From positions 4,650,001-4,714,000 of the forward strand of contig NC_058376.1 of assembly GCF_018350175.1 (NCBI RefSeq): a stretch of DNA of 64,000 nucleotides. Direction: 5' to 3'. Numbering within the stretch: the first letter of the stretch is position 1; every line of letters starts with the position of its first letter. Origin of the DNA: Felis catus (lineage: Eukaryota). The position numbers and the translations under genes are program-made. Below the pieces are notes generated by a model. It worked only from the letters and a program-made list of their open reading frames with translations, was not told where the DNA came from and ran no database searches. This document shows positions 51,460-63,290 of the stretch, piece by piece.

Positions 51460-51562
51460 TTCTGTGTAGTTAAGTAATCTCTACACCCGACGTGGGGCTC
51501 CAATTCACGAGCCTGAGATCAAGAGTCGGAAGCAATTCTAGCTGAACCAGCCGGGCGCCCCG
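51460..51562 (-). mobile_element. Short tRNA-Lys-derived SINE
   Basis: taagtaatctctacacccgacgtggggctc..gagatcaagagtc..gggcgcccc. Confidence 0.8.
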
Positions 51563-52632
51563 GGAACAGTCCTCTTTGGCCCGGAGTTTGCTCATCTTTA
51601 AAACAGGAGGGAATAGTTTCAGCCTTCGAAATCCGCGCACCTAAGTCTAGCTGTTGCCCACAGAATTCAGACAAGGAAGGACATTTGCAGCCTGGGTCTC
51701 CCCCAGTGTGCCGGGGCACCCCACAAGGCTGGGCTTCCTCCGGGCAGAGTTGGCCTAAGGCTCAGCCCCCAGCAGCCCGGAAAGGGCATCAGCGTCCCGG
51801 GTCCAAGGACAGTTTTCATTGTGAGTAGCAACGGCCTCAGAGCACACATGGAAAGAGGCAACAGAACCCTCTAAACCCACCTCCAAGCCCTGAGGAAGCT
51901 GTGTCTGTGGGTTTCCGGCTCTTGCTCTCAACCTCACCTATGAACGTGGTGTTCTAGGCCTCCGCCTGTGCTTCAGGCTGCAGACACTCGACACAACATC
52001 CCCACGCCAAGCCCTGGGAGTGGTCAGGCACGCAGGGCTGCCCTGTCCGGTGACCAGCAGGGCCAGGGCCAGGATCAGGAGCCCATGTGTCACTGGGCTC
52101 ACCGTAGCCGGTGTCACGCCCGAAGAAGGGTGGGCTGTTGGCTACATCTTCAGGAATCAAAACAGTCCGGGGGTCTGGTTCTCTGCCCCTTGGACACAGA
52201 AGTCAAGCACAGACTCCTGGGGTCACTGCCATAAGCAGCCTCACATCGACCAAGCTTCTGGAAGAAAGTTGGAAGCCACAACGCTCGCTTGTTTGCAAAG
52301 GGATATTCCGTGACAGGTGGCCTGGATGATTCCATTTGCTTGCCCGGCCCCTCCCTCTGTGTAGGTAAACTGGGGAGGGGGCTGGGGAGGTGGAGGCCTC
52401 TCTTCTATGGAGATGTCACAGCCCTGGACACCTCCCAGGCTGGAGTCTCCCTTGGCCTCTGGGCTTATGTAAGCTACCTGTTGTCAGGATGCAATTACAC
52501 TGACAGAGGAAGGCAGATATTTAAGCAGTCATGTGTCAGAGTTACAAGGCTAGACCTCGTTTACTGAGGCCAATGATAATAATGATTCTCTTTGCCATGG
52601 AGATGAAAATTCACGCTAAATGGTGCTTTTTA

Positions 52633-52850
52633 AATTTTTTTTTTCAACGTTTTTTATTTATTTTTGGGACAGAGAGAGACAGAGCATGAATGGGGGAGGG
52701 GCAGAGAGAGAGGGAGACACAGAATCGGAAACAGGCTCCAGGCTCCGAGCCATCAGCCCAGAGCCTGACGCGGGGCTCGAACTCACGGACCACGAGATCG
52801 TGACCTGGCTGAAGTCGGACGCTTAACCGACTGCGCCACCCAGGCGCCCC
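52633..52850 (-). mobile_element. CanSINE, apparently young, perfect TSD
   Basis: TSD taaatggtgctttttaaa on both sides. Confidence 0.96.
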
Positions 52851-52896
52851 TAAATGGTGCTTTTTAAAGAAAGCACTATTAAAAAGTTCAAAAGCA

Positions 52897-53085
52897 GTGG
52901 CTGGCTCAGTGACTTTGGCTCAGGTTATGACCTCACGGTTCGTGGGTTCAAGCCGCGCATCAGGCTCCGTACTGACAGCTCAGAGCTGGAGCCTGCTTCA
53001 GATTCTGTGTCTCCCTCTCTCTCTGCTCCCTTCCCCACTCACTCTCTATCTGTCTCTCTCAAAAATACACATTAAAAAAAATTTT
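52897..53085 (+). mobile_element. CanSINE with head deletion
   Basis: TSD aaaaagttcaaaagcag / aaaaagctcagaagcag. Confidence 0.88.
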
Positions 53086-53634
53086 TTTTAAAGAAAATCA
53101 TTAAACAAAATAAAATAAATAAAAAGCTCAGAAGCAGGTATGTCCCATATTCGGGTGACTGTGGAGGGAGGGAAACTTTTATTTCCAGAAGGCAAGGTAG
53201 CCTCTTCCTTCCCAAAGAGACAACTAACCGCTCAGTCCCCAAAATCCATTATAGGTTTCCAGGGATCTTAGGAGACATTGTTTTAGCTTAAAATCAGCCC
53301 TTTCTGCACATTTTCCGAAGGAGTTTAAGCAGACTCTCATCAAAGGTATGACGTCTTAACTCTCAAGATATTTCCGGAGTTTCACTAAATGCTCCCTTGT
53401 GCTCAAGAGTTGGTAACCGCAATTGAAAAGCCATTTCAGATCTAAACTTTCCGAAAAGAGACACGGGATTAACTTCGCCCAGGTTCCCACGTCCAAGTAC
53501 TGCCAGTTTTTAGTCAACGTTAGGAAGAAAGACAAAGCGTTTACACTTTTACTGCAGCAACGGGCAAGACCGTCAAGTTACTGTTATTATAAAACGGCTG
53601 CTTTTGGCCATTATTCTAGACAGCAAGAGTCATG

Positions 53635-54140
53635 TTCTTAATCGCGGTGAAATACACATAACGTTTGCCACCTTAACCGTACTGGAGTCTGCAGGTCAGC
53701 GCTGTTAAGTCCATTCACACTGTTGTAACAGCCGCCCCCCGCCATCCACCTCCAGAACTTACTCATCTTCCCCAAATTGAAACTCTGTTGACTGGAAACA
53801 CTAACGCCTCATTCCCTCCTCCAGCCCCCACCACCCTACCTCCGACGCTGGGACTCTGACCCTCTAGTGGGATCCCACAGTTTTTCTCTGTGTCTGTCAG
53901 ATTTCGCTCAGCATCATGTCCCCAAGGTTCATCCACATTGTAACCGGTGTCAGAATGTCCAGAATGTCCTTCCTTTTTAGGGCCGAATAATAATCCACCG
54001 TATGGATATGTCACATTGTGGTTATCACTCGTCTGCCAACAGACACCCACACTGCTTGCACCTGTTGGCTATGGCGACTAAGGCTGCTGAGAACACGGGT
54101 GTGCAAATATCTCTTCGAAATTCTGTTTCAAGTCTTTGGG
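53635..54140 (-). mobile_element. L1MB-like 3' fragment
   Basis: gtgaaatacacataac..ccatccacctccagaact..aaggttcatccacattgt..gctgagaacacgggtgtgcaaatatc. Confidence 0.85.
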
Positions 54141-54290
54141 GAAGATTATTTTTTCCGATAAATATTTAGTGAGCAGCTACCATGTGCCCAAAGAAGATTG
54201 GGTGTGCATTCCAGATTTCACCACCTAACGTTGAGACAACAAACAAAACAAAACAACAACAACAACAACAAAAACCAAACAGCTTTCTCT

Positions 54291-54500
54291 GGACGCCTGG
54301 GTGGCTCAGTTGGTTAAGCATCCGACTTCAGCTCAGGTTATGTCCTCGCGGTTCATGAGTCTGAGCCCCGCCTCAGGCTCTGTGCTGACAGCTCGGAGCC
54401 TGGAGCATGCTTCTGATTCTGTGTCTCCCTCTCTCTCTCTGCCCCTCCCCCACTCACACTCTGTCTCCCTCACCCTCAAAAATAAATAAACATAAAAAAA
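54291..54500 (+). mobile_element. CanSINE, older member of tandem pair
   Basis: Flanked by aaacagctttctc. Confidence 0.93.
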
Positions 54501-54524
54501 TTGTCTTTTAAAAACAGCTTTCTC

Positions 54525-54750
54525 GGGGCGCCTGGGTGGCGCAGTCGGTTAAGCGTCCGACTTCAGCCAGGTCACGATCTCGCGGTCCGTGAGTTCGAGC
54601 CCCGCGTCGGGCTCTGGGCTGATGGCTCAGAGCCTGGAGCCTGTTTCCGATTCTGTGTCTCCCTCTCTCTCTGACCCTCCCCCATTCATGCTCTGTCTCT
54701 CTCTGTCCCAAAAATAAATAAATGTTGAAAAAAAAAATTAAAAAAAAAAA
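54525..54750 (+). mobile_element. CanSINE, younger member of tandem pair
   Basis: Flanked by aaaaacagctttctc; cagccaggtcacg variant. Confidence 0.95.
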
Positions 54751-55103
54751 AACAGCTTTCTCTTTTATGATGGCCTTCAGTCTCTGCTGAATCAACTGTA
54801 GGACGGGAAATGAATGAAGCACACACAATCAGAGATTAATGACTTGAGGTTTATCCACTGAATTAAAAGTTTAATGTCTAAGTCCTTTCCCTGCTACACA
54901 GGGAAAGAAAAATAACTTAAGAAAAATAACTTCAGAAAAATAACTCCCTCTGTTTTATGATGCTGTTTGTCAAAGGTACTGTAGTCAATGTTAAGTGTGT
55001 GAAACACAAAAGAATGAGACTAGGGACGTGAAATGCCCACTACACAACCTGTTACTGTACTGTAAATAAACAGTGCTGAACTCGAGTTAAAACTCACCGG
55101 CCA

Positions 55104-55893
55104 TGGGAATGCAAGCTGGTGCAGCCACTCTGGGAAACAGTACGGAGGTTCCTCACAAAACTAAAAATAGAACTACCCTACGACCCAGCAATTGCACTAC
55201 TAGGCATTTATCCACGGGATGCAGGTGTGCTGTTTCGAAGGGACACATGCACCCCAATGTTTATGTGTTTATAGCAGCAGTATCAACAATAGCCAAAGTC
55301 TGNNNNNNNNNNNNNNNNNNNNNNNNNNNNNNNNNNNNNNNNNNNNNNNNNNNNNNNNNNNNNNNNNNNNNNNNNNNNNNNNNNNNNNNNNNNNNNNNNN
55401 NNNNNNNNNNNNNNNNNNNNNNNNNNNNNNNNNNNNNNNNNNNNNNNNNNNNNNNNNNNNNNNNNNNNNNNNNNNNNNNNNNNNNNNNNNNNNNNNNNNN
55501 NNNNNNNNNNNNNNNNNNNNNNNNNNNNNNNNNNNNNNNNNNNTCAGAGAAAGACAAAAATCATATGACTTCACTCATATAGGACTTTAAGAGACAAAAC
55601 AGATGAACATAAGGGAAGGGAAACAAAAACAATATGAAAACAGGGAGGGGGACAAAACAGAAGAGACTCCTAAATATGGAGAACAAAGGGAGGGTTACTG
55701 GAGGGGTTGTGGGAGGGGGGATAAGCTAAATGGGGGAGGGGCACTAAGGAATCTCCTCCTGAAATCATTGTTGCACTAGATGCTAACTTGGATGTAAATT
55801 TTTAAAAAATAAAAAAAAAACAAAATTGAAACTAAAAGCAATAAATATAAAGATCCAAAAAAACAAAAAAACAAAAAACCAAAAACAAAAAAC
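55104..55893 (+). mobile_element. 5'-truncated felid L1 (ORF2 C-terminus, 3' UTR, A-rich tail)
   Basis: tgggaatgcaagctggtgcagccactc..aaaaatagaactacc; TSD ctcaccggcca at ~55093 and ~55895. Confidence 0.92.
55303..55543. other. Assembly gap inside L1
   Basis: N run. Confidence 0.99.
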
Positions 55894-56986
55894 CCTCACC
55901 GGCCAAACGGACTTGCCAGGTTAGCCTCACACGGTTTTATGAAAATACACGTTCAATACGATCATGGAAGTGCTTTGGAAGCAGACAGTGTGACTTAAAC
56001 CCTAAGCGTCGCAAAGGCACGAAAGCCATCTAGTAACACTGATGCTTCTACGTGATGAGGGGCAGGGTACTCAGGTACTCAGGTACTCAGCCTACCGTGG
56101 AACGGGACCGAGCCTTTGCAACGACACCTTCTCAAAACCGAAAGCGTTAAGTCCGTTTTGCATCGTGTCTTTGCACTGCTGTCTGATGGGCCCAAACCGG
56201 GAAGGTGTCACCCAGAAAGGCCATTGTTTTGGGTTTGCTGGCCTTTGCTAATTTCAGGCCAGCCATTTAAGAAACAGGCTACTTCTGTGTGATTTGTAAA
56301 AGGCTTTGATGGTCTTTTCTTGTGAAACCCACGAGGGGAAAAAAGTGTTTTAATAGGCATATGGCGATCAAAGAGATCATTCTCCGCTAAAAAGATTTTT
56401 TAAAGCCCTTCCAAGTAAATTCCTCTCAGGAAAGACATTAAATCTCCATTGATCTCCACATTTTTACGGTGTCCAGATATTTTGAAAGAATGCTAACCCA
56501 AAAGAGAAGTGACAGATGCCTCCCTCTTTTGTCTCCACGCCAGCAAAATACAGATATTTCCCTAATTAGGGTACAGAACAGCCGCACACAAATCTTCCAG
56601 AACATTCTAGAGGCAGGAAAAACTAAGACTTGGCTAAAAAAGAATGCAACATACTAACCTTGGCAAGATCTCCGACATACGTGTGAGAGAACCCTTCTGC
56701 AGGACATCTAAATGCCCTTGATGCAGCAAAGGTAGAGACAGATCCCACCCACCCCTCCCAACTCCCACCACCACCCACTCAGGATGGCACACCACCGATG
56801 CCCCCGACTCTCTTCCGCATCGTCAGCACATCCCCCCAGGATCGCTCCCACCTGCTTACAAACAGGCTGTTCCATTTCCCATCTGGACAAACACAACAAC
56901 CCACAACTGTCTTCACCTGAGAGCTTCCTACAACCGCGGCCCCTGCGCACCTGTAGGGAAACCCCTTGCAAGAGGTGACTGTGCTT

Positions 56987-57172
56987 GGGGCGCCTGGGGG
57001 GCTCAGTGGGGTAAGCGTAGGACTCTTGGTTTTGGCTCAGGTCACGATCTCAGGGTTCGTGGGTTCAAGCCCCATGTGGGGCTCTGTGCTGACGGCACGG
57101 AGCCTGCAGGGGATTCTCTCTCTCTGCCCCTCCCCTCCTGTCTCTCTCAAAAATAAATAAATAAACTTAAAA
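56987..57172 (+). mobile_element. CanSINE with TSD
   Basis: TSD gaggtgactgtgctt / gaggtgactgtactt. Confidence 0.92.
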
Positions 57173-57499
57173 CATTTCAAAGAATGAGGTGACTGTACTT
57201 ATTCACGGCTTCAAAGCCCTCTGCTTCCTTCTCTCTTGAACCGCTGGGGACAGCTCTTACCCACATCACATGCCAAGACCAACCGCTAGACCTCCCGCCC
57301 CTTGGCCATCAGGGCATTTGGACCTTTCCTGAGTCCCCACCTTCCCCCCCACGTGCATATTCAGCTGCCCCTGAAGGGATCTCAATTTAGCATTTCCAAG
57401 ACTAATCTCCTAATTTTACCTTCCTGACCACGTAGCTGCCAGCCACCTTTCCTCTTACTGACACACCGGCGTGCTCCACATGGGGCCTCCTGGGGGCAC

Positions 57500-57870
57500 C
57501 TCCAACACGCAAGCACACATCCTCCTCAGGGCCTTTGCCCTGGCTGTTCCCTCCGCCTGGAACACCCTTCCCCACATACCTCACTCCCTCTGTCTTCAGG
57601 CCTCTGCTCCAGGGCTGCCTCATTGAAGACCCCTCCCCTGACCACCCCGCAGCACCCAAGAACACCCCCCCACGCCCAGCATGCCTTTGTCTGCGTTTCA
57701 ATCCACCTTCCAAGTAGCAGTGTATTTACTGGATCGGTCTCTTCTCCCTAAATGTAACACCAGATGTGCTGTGGCTGTGGCTCACTGCTGTACCCTCCGT
57801 GCCTGGGGGGGGGGGGGGTGTCACATGACCACTGACATGTGTCAATGCACATCAAATATCTGCTGAGTGT
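57500..57870 (+). mobile_element. L2 3' portion
   Basis: cctcagggcctttgccctggctgttccctccgcctggaacacccttcccc..aaatatctgctgagtg. Confidence 0.75.
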
Positions 57871-58064
57871 GTTTTGTCACAAGTGAGTTAGAGTAACTGC
57901 CTTACCAGTTAACCAGACTCGGACACCAGGCTGCATTTTATTGAGTAACATAAAAACAGAAGAACTAAATCTAAGGGGTCATTGTTTTGTCCACTGGAAT
58001 CACCCCAGGAACCACTAGATATAATCTCCAGCCCAGAGAACAGAACCTGGAATCCATACCATTC

Positions 58065-58273
58065 TTTGAATGTTTATTTATTTTTAGGAGACAGCGCATG
58101 AGTGGAGGGGGGGGGGGCAGAGAGAGAGGGAGACACAGGATCCGAAACGGGCTCCGGGCTCCGAGCCATCAGCCCAGAGCCTGACGCGGGGCTCAAACTC
58201 ATGGACCGTGAGATCACGACCTGAGCCGAAGTCGGACGCTTAACCAACTGGGCCCCCCCCCCCAGGTGCCCCT
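58065..58273 (-). mobile_element. CanSINE
   Basis: Reverse-oriented copy. Confidence 0.92.
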
Positions 58274-58319
58274 AAAGTGTTCCTTCTCTTTAATACAGGA
58301 AGGATGCAGAGGACACTCA

Positions 58320-58410
58320 TCATCACGGGCCCTGAGTGACGTACCGAATGGCTGCATCACTCTACGGCACACCGGAACCTAATGTAACACTGTGTTAACT
58401 ATACTTCAGT
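58320..58410 (+). mobile_element. Carnivore L1 3' UTR fragment
   Basis: atcactctacggcacaccggaacctaatgtaacactgtgttaactatact. Confidence 0.6.
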
Positions 58411-58701
58411 ATAGAGCGCCTGACTCTCGACTACGATACACGTCCACCGCACATCCGTGCCACGATACACACAACACTGGATGACAGTCCCCTGCCCACT
58501 TACCACAAACGCCTGTGCAAACAATTCACAGTCAAAGCCGTCTTACGTGATTTCACTATTCCTTACGATATTAAAAACTGCATGAAAGCCAACATCAGCC
58601 CAAGACCGGATTTGTGCCTGAACCCTAACCCAAGCATGCTGTCCTGTCCGGAGCGTGGAACTGTTAGCATCCACCGCAACTTTTAAAACAATCACCTTTT
58701 A

Positions 58702-58910
58702 GGGGCGCCTGGGTGGCTCAGCCGGTTAAGTGTCGGACTCTTGGTTTCAGCTCAGGGCGTGAGGTCACTGTTTCGTGGGTTCGAGTCCCGCGTCGGGCTC
58801 CGGGCTGACAGTGTGGGGCCTGCTTGGGACTCTCTCCCTCTCTCTCTGCCCTTTTTCCCTGCTCATGCTCTCTCTCTCAAAAATGAAGAAATAAACTTAA
58901 AAAAAAGAAA
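58702..58910 (+). mobile_element. CanSINE with TSD
   Basis: TSD aaaacaatcacctttt / aaaacgatcaactttt. Confidence 0.9.
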
Positions 58911-59507
58911 AACGATCAACTTTTGGTGTTAGTCACTAACAACAGGCCTAAAGGATCCTGCGAGAATATGGATTACTGCTTGCGATTGCACAAACTGACA
59001 CGCTTTTTCTCCTCCGCTGTCAGAAGAGCTAGGCCTCAGAGAGGAGTGTGAACACACACTTGGGAAAAGCACTCCACCTCCCGATCTCCTGCTCTGACTT
59101 GCACGAGAGCCCGCGGCCGTGGCCCACAGCTCCCACCCGGCGCCCAGGCACACCTCGCAGCTCCCGCACAAAGCGGACGTTCGCATCGGCCCTTCTGTCT
59201 TAAATCTCCTCTCCCCGGAGGCTGCCGCTGCCAGGTTTGAGATCAATGAACTGCGAGACAGGCGAGACGGTTAAGAGTCCAAGCTGAAAGCCTCATACGC
59301 TTAAGTGCCAGGCCTCGTACAAAACATTCCAGTCCTGGTTTCGACTGCTCAGAAAGGCAGGTGGCTGGCTGGCCCCGGCCCCCCGATCGCTGGCCATAAA
59401 AGAAGCCGTAATTTTCTGATGCACCTGAATGTCACAATTTCTCCCAAGTGGATGTGTCTTGATTTGCGAAAAATAAATAAGCTTAACTCTATTAAATGTG
59501 CTTCTCC

Positions 59508-59678
59508 TGGGCGCCAGGGGCGGCTCACTCACTAGCATCTGACTTTGGCTCGGGTCGTAATCTCACAGTTTGTGAGTTCGAGCCCGCATGGGTGAGCCCT
59601 TGCCCCACGAGCAGTGAGCTCGTGCCCTGGGTGAGACCAAATCTCTCCTTCCCTCTCTCTCTGCCCATCGGGGGATTC

Positions 59679-59726
<48 letters not shown>

Positions 59727-59760
59727 CCTCGCTCACCTGCACCCTCTCTCTCAAAAAATA
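59508..59760 (+). mobile_element. Atypical CanSINE (variant middle, long (CT)n)
   Basis: SINE head, then gagcagtgagctcgtgccctgggtgagacc instead of the usual body. Confidence 0.75.
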
Positions 59761-59869
59761 TGTTTCTCTTGAATCTGCCATTAGTGCGGTAAGAACAGTC
59801 GTTTGACCTGCAGCGTGCTCTCTTAGCATTCGCTGATTGAAGAATAAAAGACTTAATAGGAGCTGGGGT

Positions 59870-60068
59870 TTTTTATTTGTTATTTTGAGGGAGAAAGAGA
59901 GAACACCAGCAGGGGAGGAGCAGAGAAAAGGAGAGGAAGAATCCCAAGCTGGCTCCACACCATCAGCACAGAGCCCCACGCGGGGCTCGAACTCTCGAAC
60001 CACAAGCTCATGACCTGAGCCAAGAATGAGAGTCGATGTTTAACCGATGGAGCCACCCAGGTGCCCCA
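59870..60068 (-). mobile_element. CanSINE
   Basis: Reverse-oriented copy. Confidence 0.9.
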
Positions 60069-60276
60069 GACCTGTTTTTTATGGTCCAGAAAATAAAGCC
60101 TGATGGGATATCACAGCAAAAGAACATTTCTATCAGGGAAGGCCCGCCCCCCGTCCTCCTTCCTTGCCCGGTGACCAAGGGCAGTGTGGGAAAAGTGGGG
60201 AGACCTCCGGACGGCCACGTGCGCTAGGACCCCATCGTGCACTGGGACCCCATCCTGCGCTGGAACGGAGGCAGGG

Positions 60277-60628
60277 TGTGTCAGTTGGCTCAGACTAGTG
60301 TCTTAACAGAAATTCATCTCCTCATAGCTCTGGAGGCTGGAAGTCCAAGGTCAAGGAGTCAGCGGGGCCGGTTTCCTCTGCGGCCTCTCTCCTGGGTGCG
60401 TGGGTGGCCATCCTCCTGCTGCCTCTCCAGGTGGCTGGTCCTCTGTGCCCGTGCACCCTGCCATCGGCGCCCTCACCTCTCAGAAGGTCACGGGGCAAAG
60501 AGAACTAGGGCCTGACAGCCTCTTGTACGCAGGCACCTTTCAAAGGCCCTACCTCCAAATACAGTCACGTTCGGAGGTACTGGGTTTAGGGGGGGCACGC
60601 AGGGGAGACACACAATGCAGCCCTAACA
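60277..60628 (-). mobile_element. MaLR solo LTR (MLT1A-like)
   Basis: ctctggaggctggaagtccaaggtcaagg..ctccaaatacagtcac..gaggtactggg..cagccctaaca. Confidence 0.8.
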
Positions 60629-60864
60629 GAGGCCGGGCCCGCACAGCGCTGGGACACGGCCCGAAGATCACACGGTGTCAGTCCAAGTCCCCATGCGCAA
60701 GCATGCACAGACATCCAAACCCAGAGTAAGACAGGAAGGACAGATGGGATGACCCTTGTCTTCTCCGCTTCCCGGAGCTTCTGCAGCTCAGGACACTTGC
60801 CAGAGACCAACTGAGGCACGCGGTGCCTGAATTTAAAGTTCCAAAGATTTGCTTTTTGTTTTTC

Positions 60865-60972
60865 CTTTTTTTTTTTTTTTTTAAGTAGGCTCCACGACCA
60901 AAGTGGGGTTTGAACTCACAACCCTGAGATCGAGGGTTGCACACTCTACCGACTGAGCCAGCCAGGCGCCCC
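60865..60972 (-). mobile_element. Short tRNA-Lys-derived SINE with perfect TSD
   Basis: TSD agttccaaagatttg on both sides; T-run tail. Confidence 0.88.
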
Positions 60973-61094
60973 TCGAGTTCCAAAGATTTGGACAGACTCA
61001 TGCAGTAAGCAAAGTGCTTCACGTGTCCCCCTCACCAGCTGCAGGAAGCTGAGCACACATAACAGGAGAGGGGATTCTACTCAGGGTTCACAAG

Positions 61095-61510
61095 AGGAGG
61101 CTGTCTGCAGGGGTGTGGGGGTAGGGAGAGACTGTCCACAGGGGTGTGGAGGGGGGAGGGGCCGTCCACAGGGTATGGAGATGGGAGGGGCTGTCTGCAG
61201 GGATGTGGGGGGTTGTCCACAGGGGGAGGGGAGGCTGTCAGCAGAGGTGACGGGGGAGGGCTATCTGCTGGGGTGTAGGGGGTAGGGAGGGGCTGTCCAC
61301 AGGAGTGGGGAGGTGGGAGGGGCTGTCTGCAGGGGTATGGAGTGGGGAGGGGCTGTCCACAGGGGTGTGGAGGTGGGAAGGGCTGTCTGCAGGGATGTGG
61401 GGGGGTGTTCGCAGGGGGAGGGGGGCTGTCTGCAGGGGTGGTGGGGAGAGGCTGTCTGCTGGGGTGTGGACGGGGAGGAGGGGCTGTCGGCAGGGGTGTG
61501 GGAAGGGGTA
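61095..61510 (+). repeat. ~30-bp degenerate G-rich minisatellite, ~14 units
   Basis: Unit ~ggctgtc(tgc/cac)aggggtgtggaggtgggag. Confidence 0.9.
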
Positions 61511-62477
61511 GGATCACAGAGCCAGGTGTCCAGCGGCCTGCGGCCCAGGGAGGAGGGGCAGGGTGGGCCGGGTCCTGGAAGAGGTCAGGGCTCGGCAGCT
61601 GCCGTGCTGGAGGGAAGTCCAGCCACCCTGAACCCGGAGGGGAGAGGGGGTGGGATTTCCGCACCAGCTTCTCTCACCCCTCATCCCAAGCCAAGGGAAA
61701 AGGGAGACTGAGCAGTGCAGTTCATAGAAGCTGGCCCCCAGACCGCGTCCCAGAAAACCAGCTCCTCCTTGGGGCCCCCCGGGTGGTGCCATGTGCACTC
61801 GGTCACCCAGATCAGATGCCACCCGCACAGGCGTCCCTAGCACCTTGCTCCTAGCCGGCCTCCTCCCCCCCTCCTCCCCTTTCCAGCAGCATCCACCAGA
61901 AGGAGGCAGGGAGGCGGGCAGAAGCGAGAACCAGAGGGAGGACGGAGGGGAGCCAGCAGGCTGGGAAGGGAGGCCCACACGCCTCCCCACCTACGCAGGT
62001 GGGAAAAGTCAAGCAAATCCAAGCCGCACCCTGACTTCTGCGGTCGCCCGTAAAAAAGCGGACAGCGCCACAACTCAGGCGGGCGTAAGTGACACCCGCC
62101 GATGGGGAAGGGGAGACACCACACGCAGGCTCTGCCAGGCCATCGCTGCTGGGAGGTGATATTTATGGTTTAGATAAAGCTTCCGACCGCCCGGTGCTAT
62201 CCTGGGGCTGCTCCGGGAGAGGCGCTTATTAAACAAGGCAGCCCGCACATCTTCCAGAAGGCCAGGCGTCCAAACAGACTGGCGGATGAACCAATGAATG
62301 TCTCTTTCCTAGGCGTCTGTCTATGCTATTCCAAGACACCCACGAACTCAGCTCATCGATGAGCAGTTTCTCTTGAATCGAACCAGCCCCATCCCCCCTT
62401 ACAGGGCACCCGAATTCTCACGGACTAGTGACTCTGAAAATTGGTGGAGAAACTAGTCCGTCAAGGAAAACATTCTT

Positions 62478-62700
62478 GGGGCGCCTGGGTGGCTCAGTCG
62501 GTTAAGCGTCCGACTTCAGCTCAGCTCATGATCTCACAGCTCGTGAGTTCGAGCCCTGCGTCAGGCCCTGTGCTGACAGCTTGGAGCCCGGCGCCTGCTT
62601 CAGATTCTGTGTCTCCCTCTCTCTCTGCACACCCCCCCCCCGCCCCCGCTTGCACTCGGTCCCTCTCTGTCTCTCTCAAAAATAAACATTAAAAACAGTT
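62478..62700 (+). mobile_element. CanSINE
   Basis: Head and tail. Confidence 0.93.
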
Positions 62701-62779
62701 TTTTAAAAAAGAAAAAGTTTTGAGTACTCAGCCCCATGCATGTATATATCTAGGACTTACATGCTAAGAGCGAGTTTAG

Positions 62780-62890
62780 AGGTGGTTCAGGGCACAAGAT
62801 AGGGGCCCAGACCAGCTGTTTTCAGATCCTGGCTCTGCTCGCCCACCAGCTATGCCTCAGGTTCCTCATCTGTGAAATGGGGATGATGAA
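62780..62890 (+). mobile_element. MIR fragment
   Basis: tcagatcctggctctgc..gcctcaggttcctcatctgtgaaatggggatga. Confidence 0.7.
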
Positions 62891-63117
62891 TCTTAAACTT
62901 TCACCTTCCCTAATGTCAATCAGTAGTTCTAGCAAACTAACCAGAAGGTGCTACTTTTCTCTAGGTGGTTGGGTTTTTTTTTTTTTTTTCTTAAGTAATT
63001 AAAATTCTTTGGAAGATTGGTCTCCAAGGGTTCAAAAGTGTTTATGTACATAGCAAACATACCTTTCTGGTGGCAGAAGTTAAATAATGATGGAAACATT
63101 TAAAGATATCATCTTTG

Positions 63118-63290
63118 GGGGTGTGCCTGAGTGGCTCAGTCAGTTAAGCGTCTGACTCTTGATTGTGGCTCAGGTCATGATCCCAGGGTCTTGATCCCAG
63201 CGGGCTCCACACACAGCACGGAGTCTGCTTGGGTTTCTCTCTTTCTCTCCCCTTCTCCCCCGTTCATGTTCCCACTCTCTCTAAACAATT
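63118..63290 (+). mobile_element. CanSINE (diverged)
   Basis: Head and short tail. Confidence 0.85.

Noticed and set aside
52527-52535. M-box-like AGTCATGTG (MITF site; BACE2 acts in melanocytes)
   Set aside because: A single 9-mer is expected by chance roughly once per two windows of this size; no supporting evidence
56063-56090. Small tandem duplications (ggtactcag x3; cacgagagaccctagac x2 at ~10574-10610)
   Set aside because: Ordinary replication slippage with no sign of function
60880-60972. tRNA-Lys-like sequences (also 1321-1425 and 51460-51562) as tRNA genes
   Set aside because: Diverged, carry SINE-type 3' extensions, and the 60865-60972 copy has a tail and TSD; these are retroposed SINEs
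61077-61990. Pro/Gly-rich ORFs
   Set aside because: Products of the G-rich minisatellite
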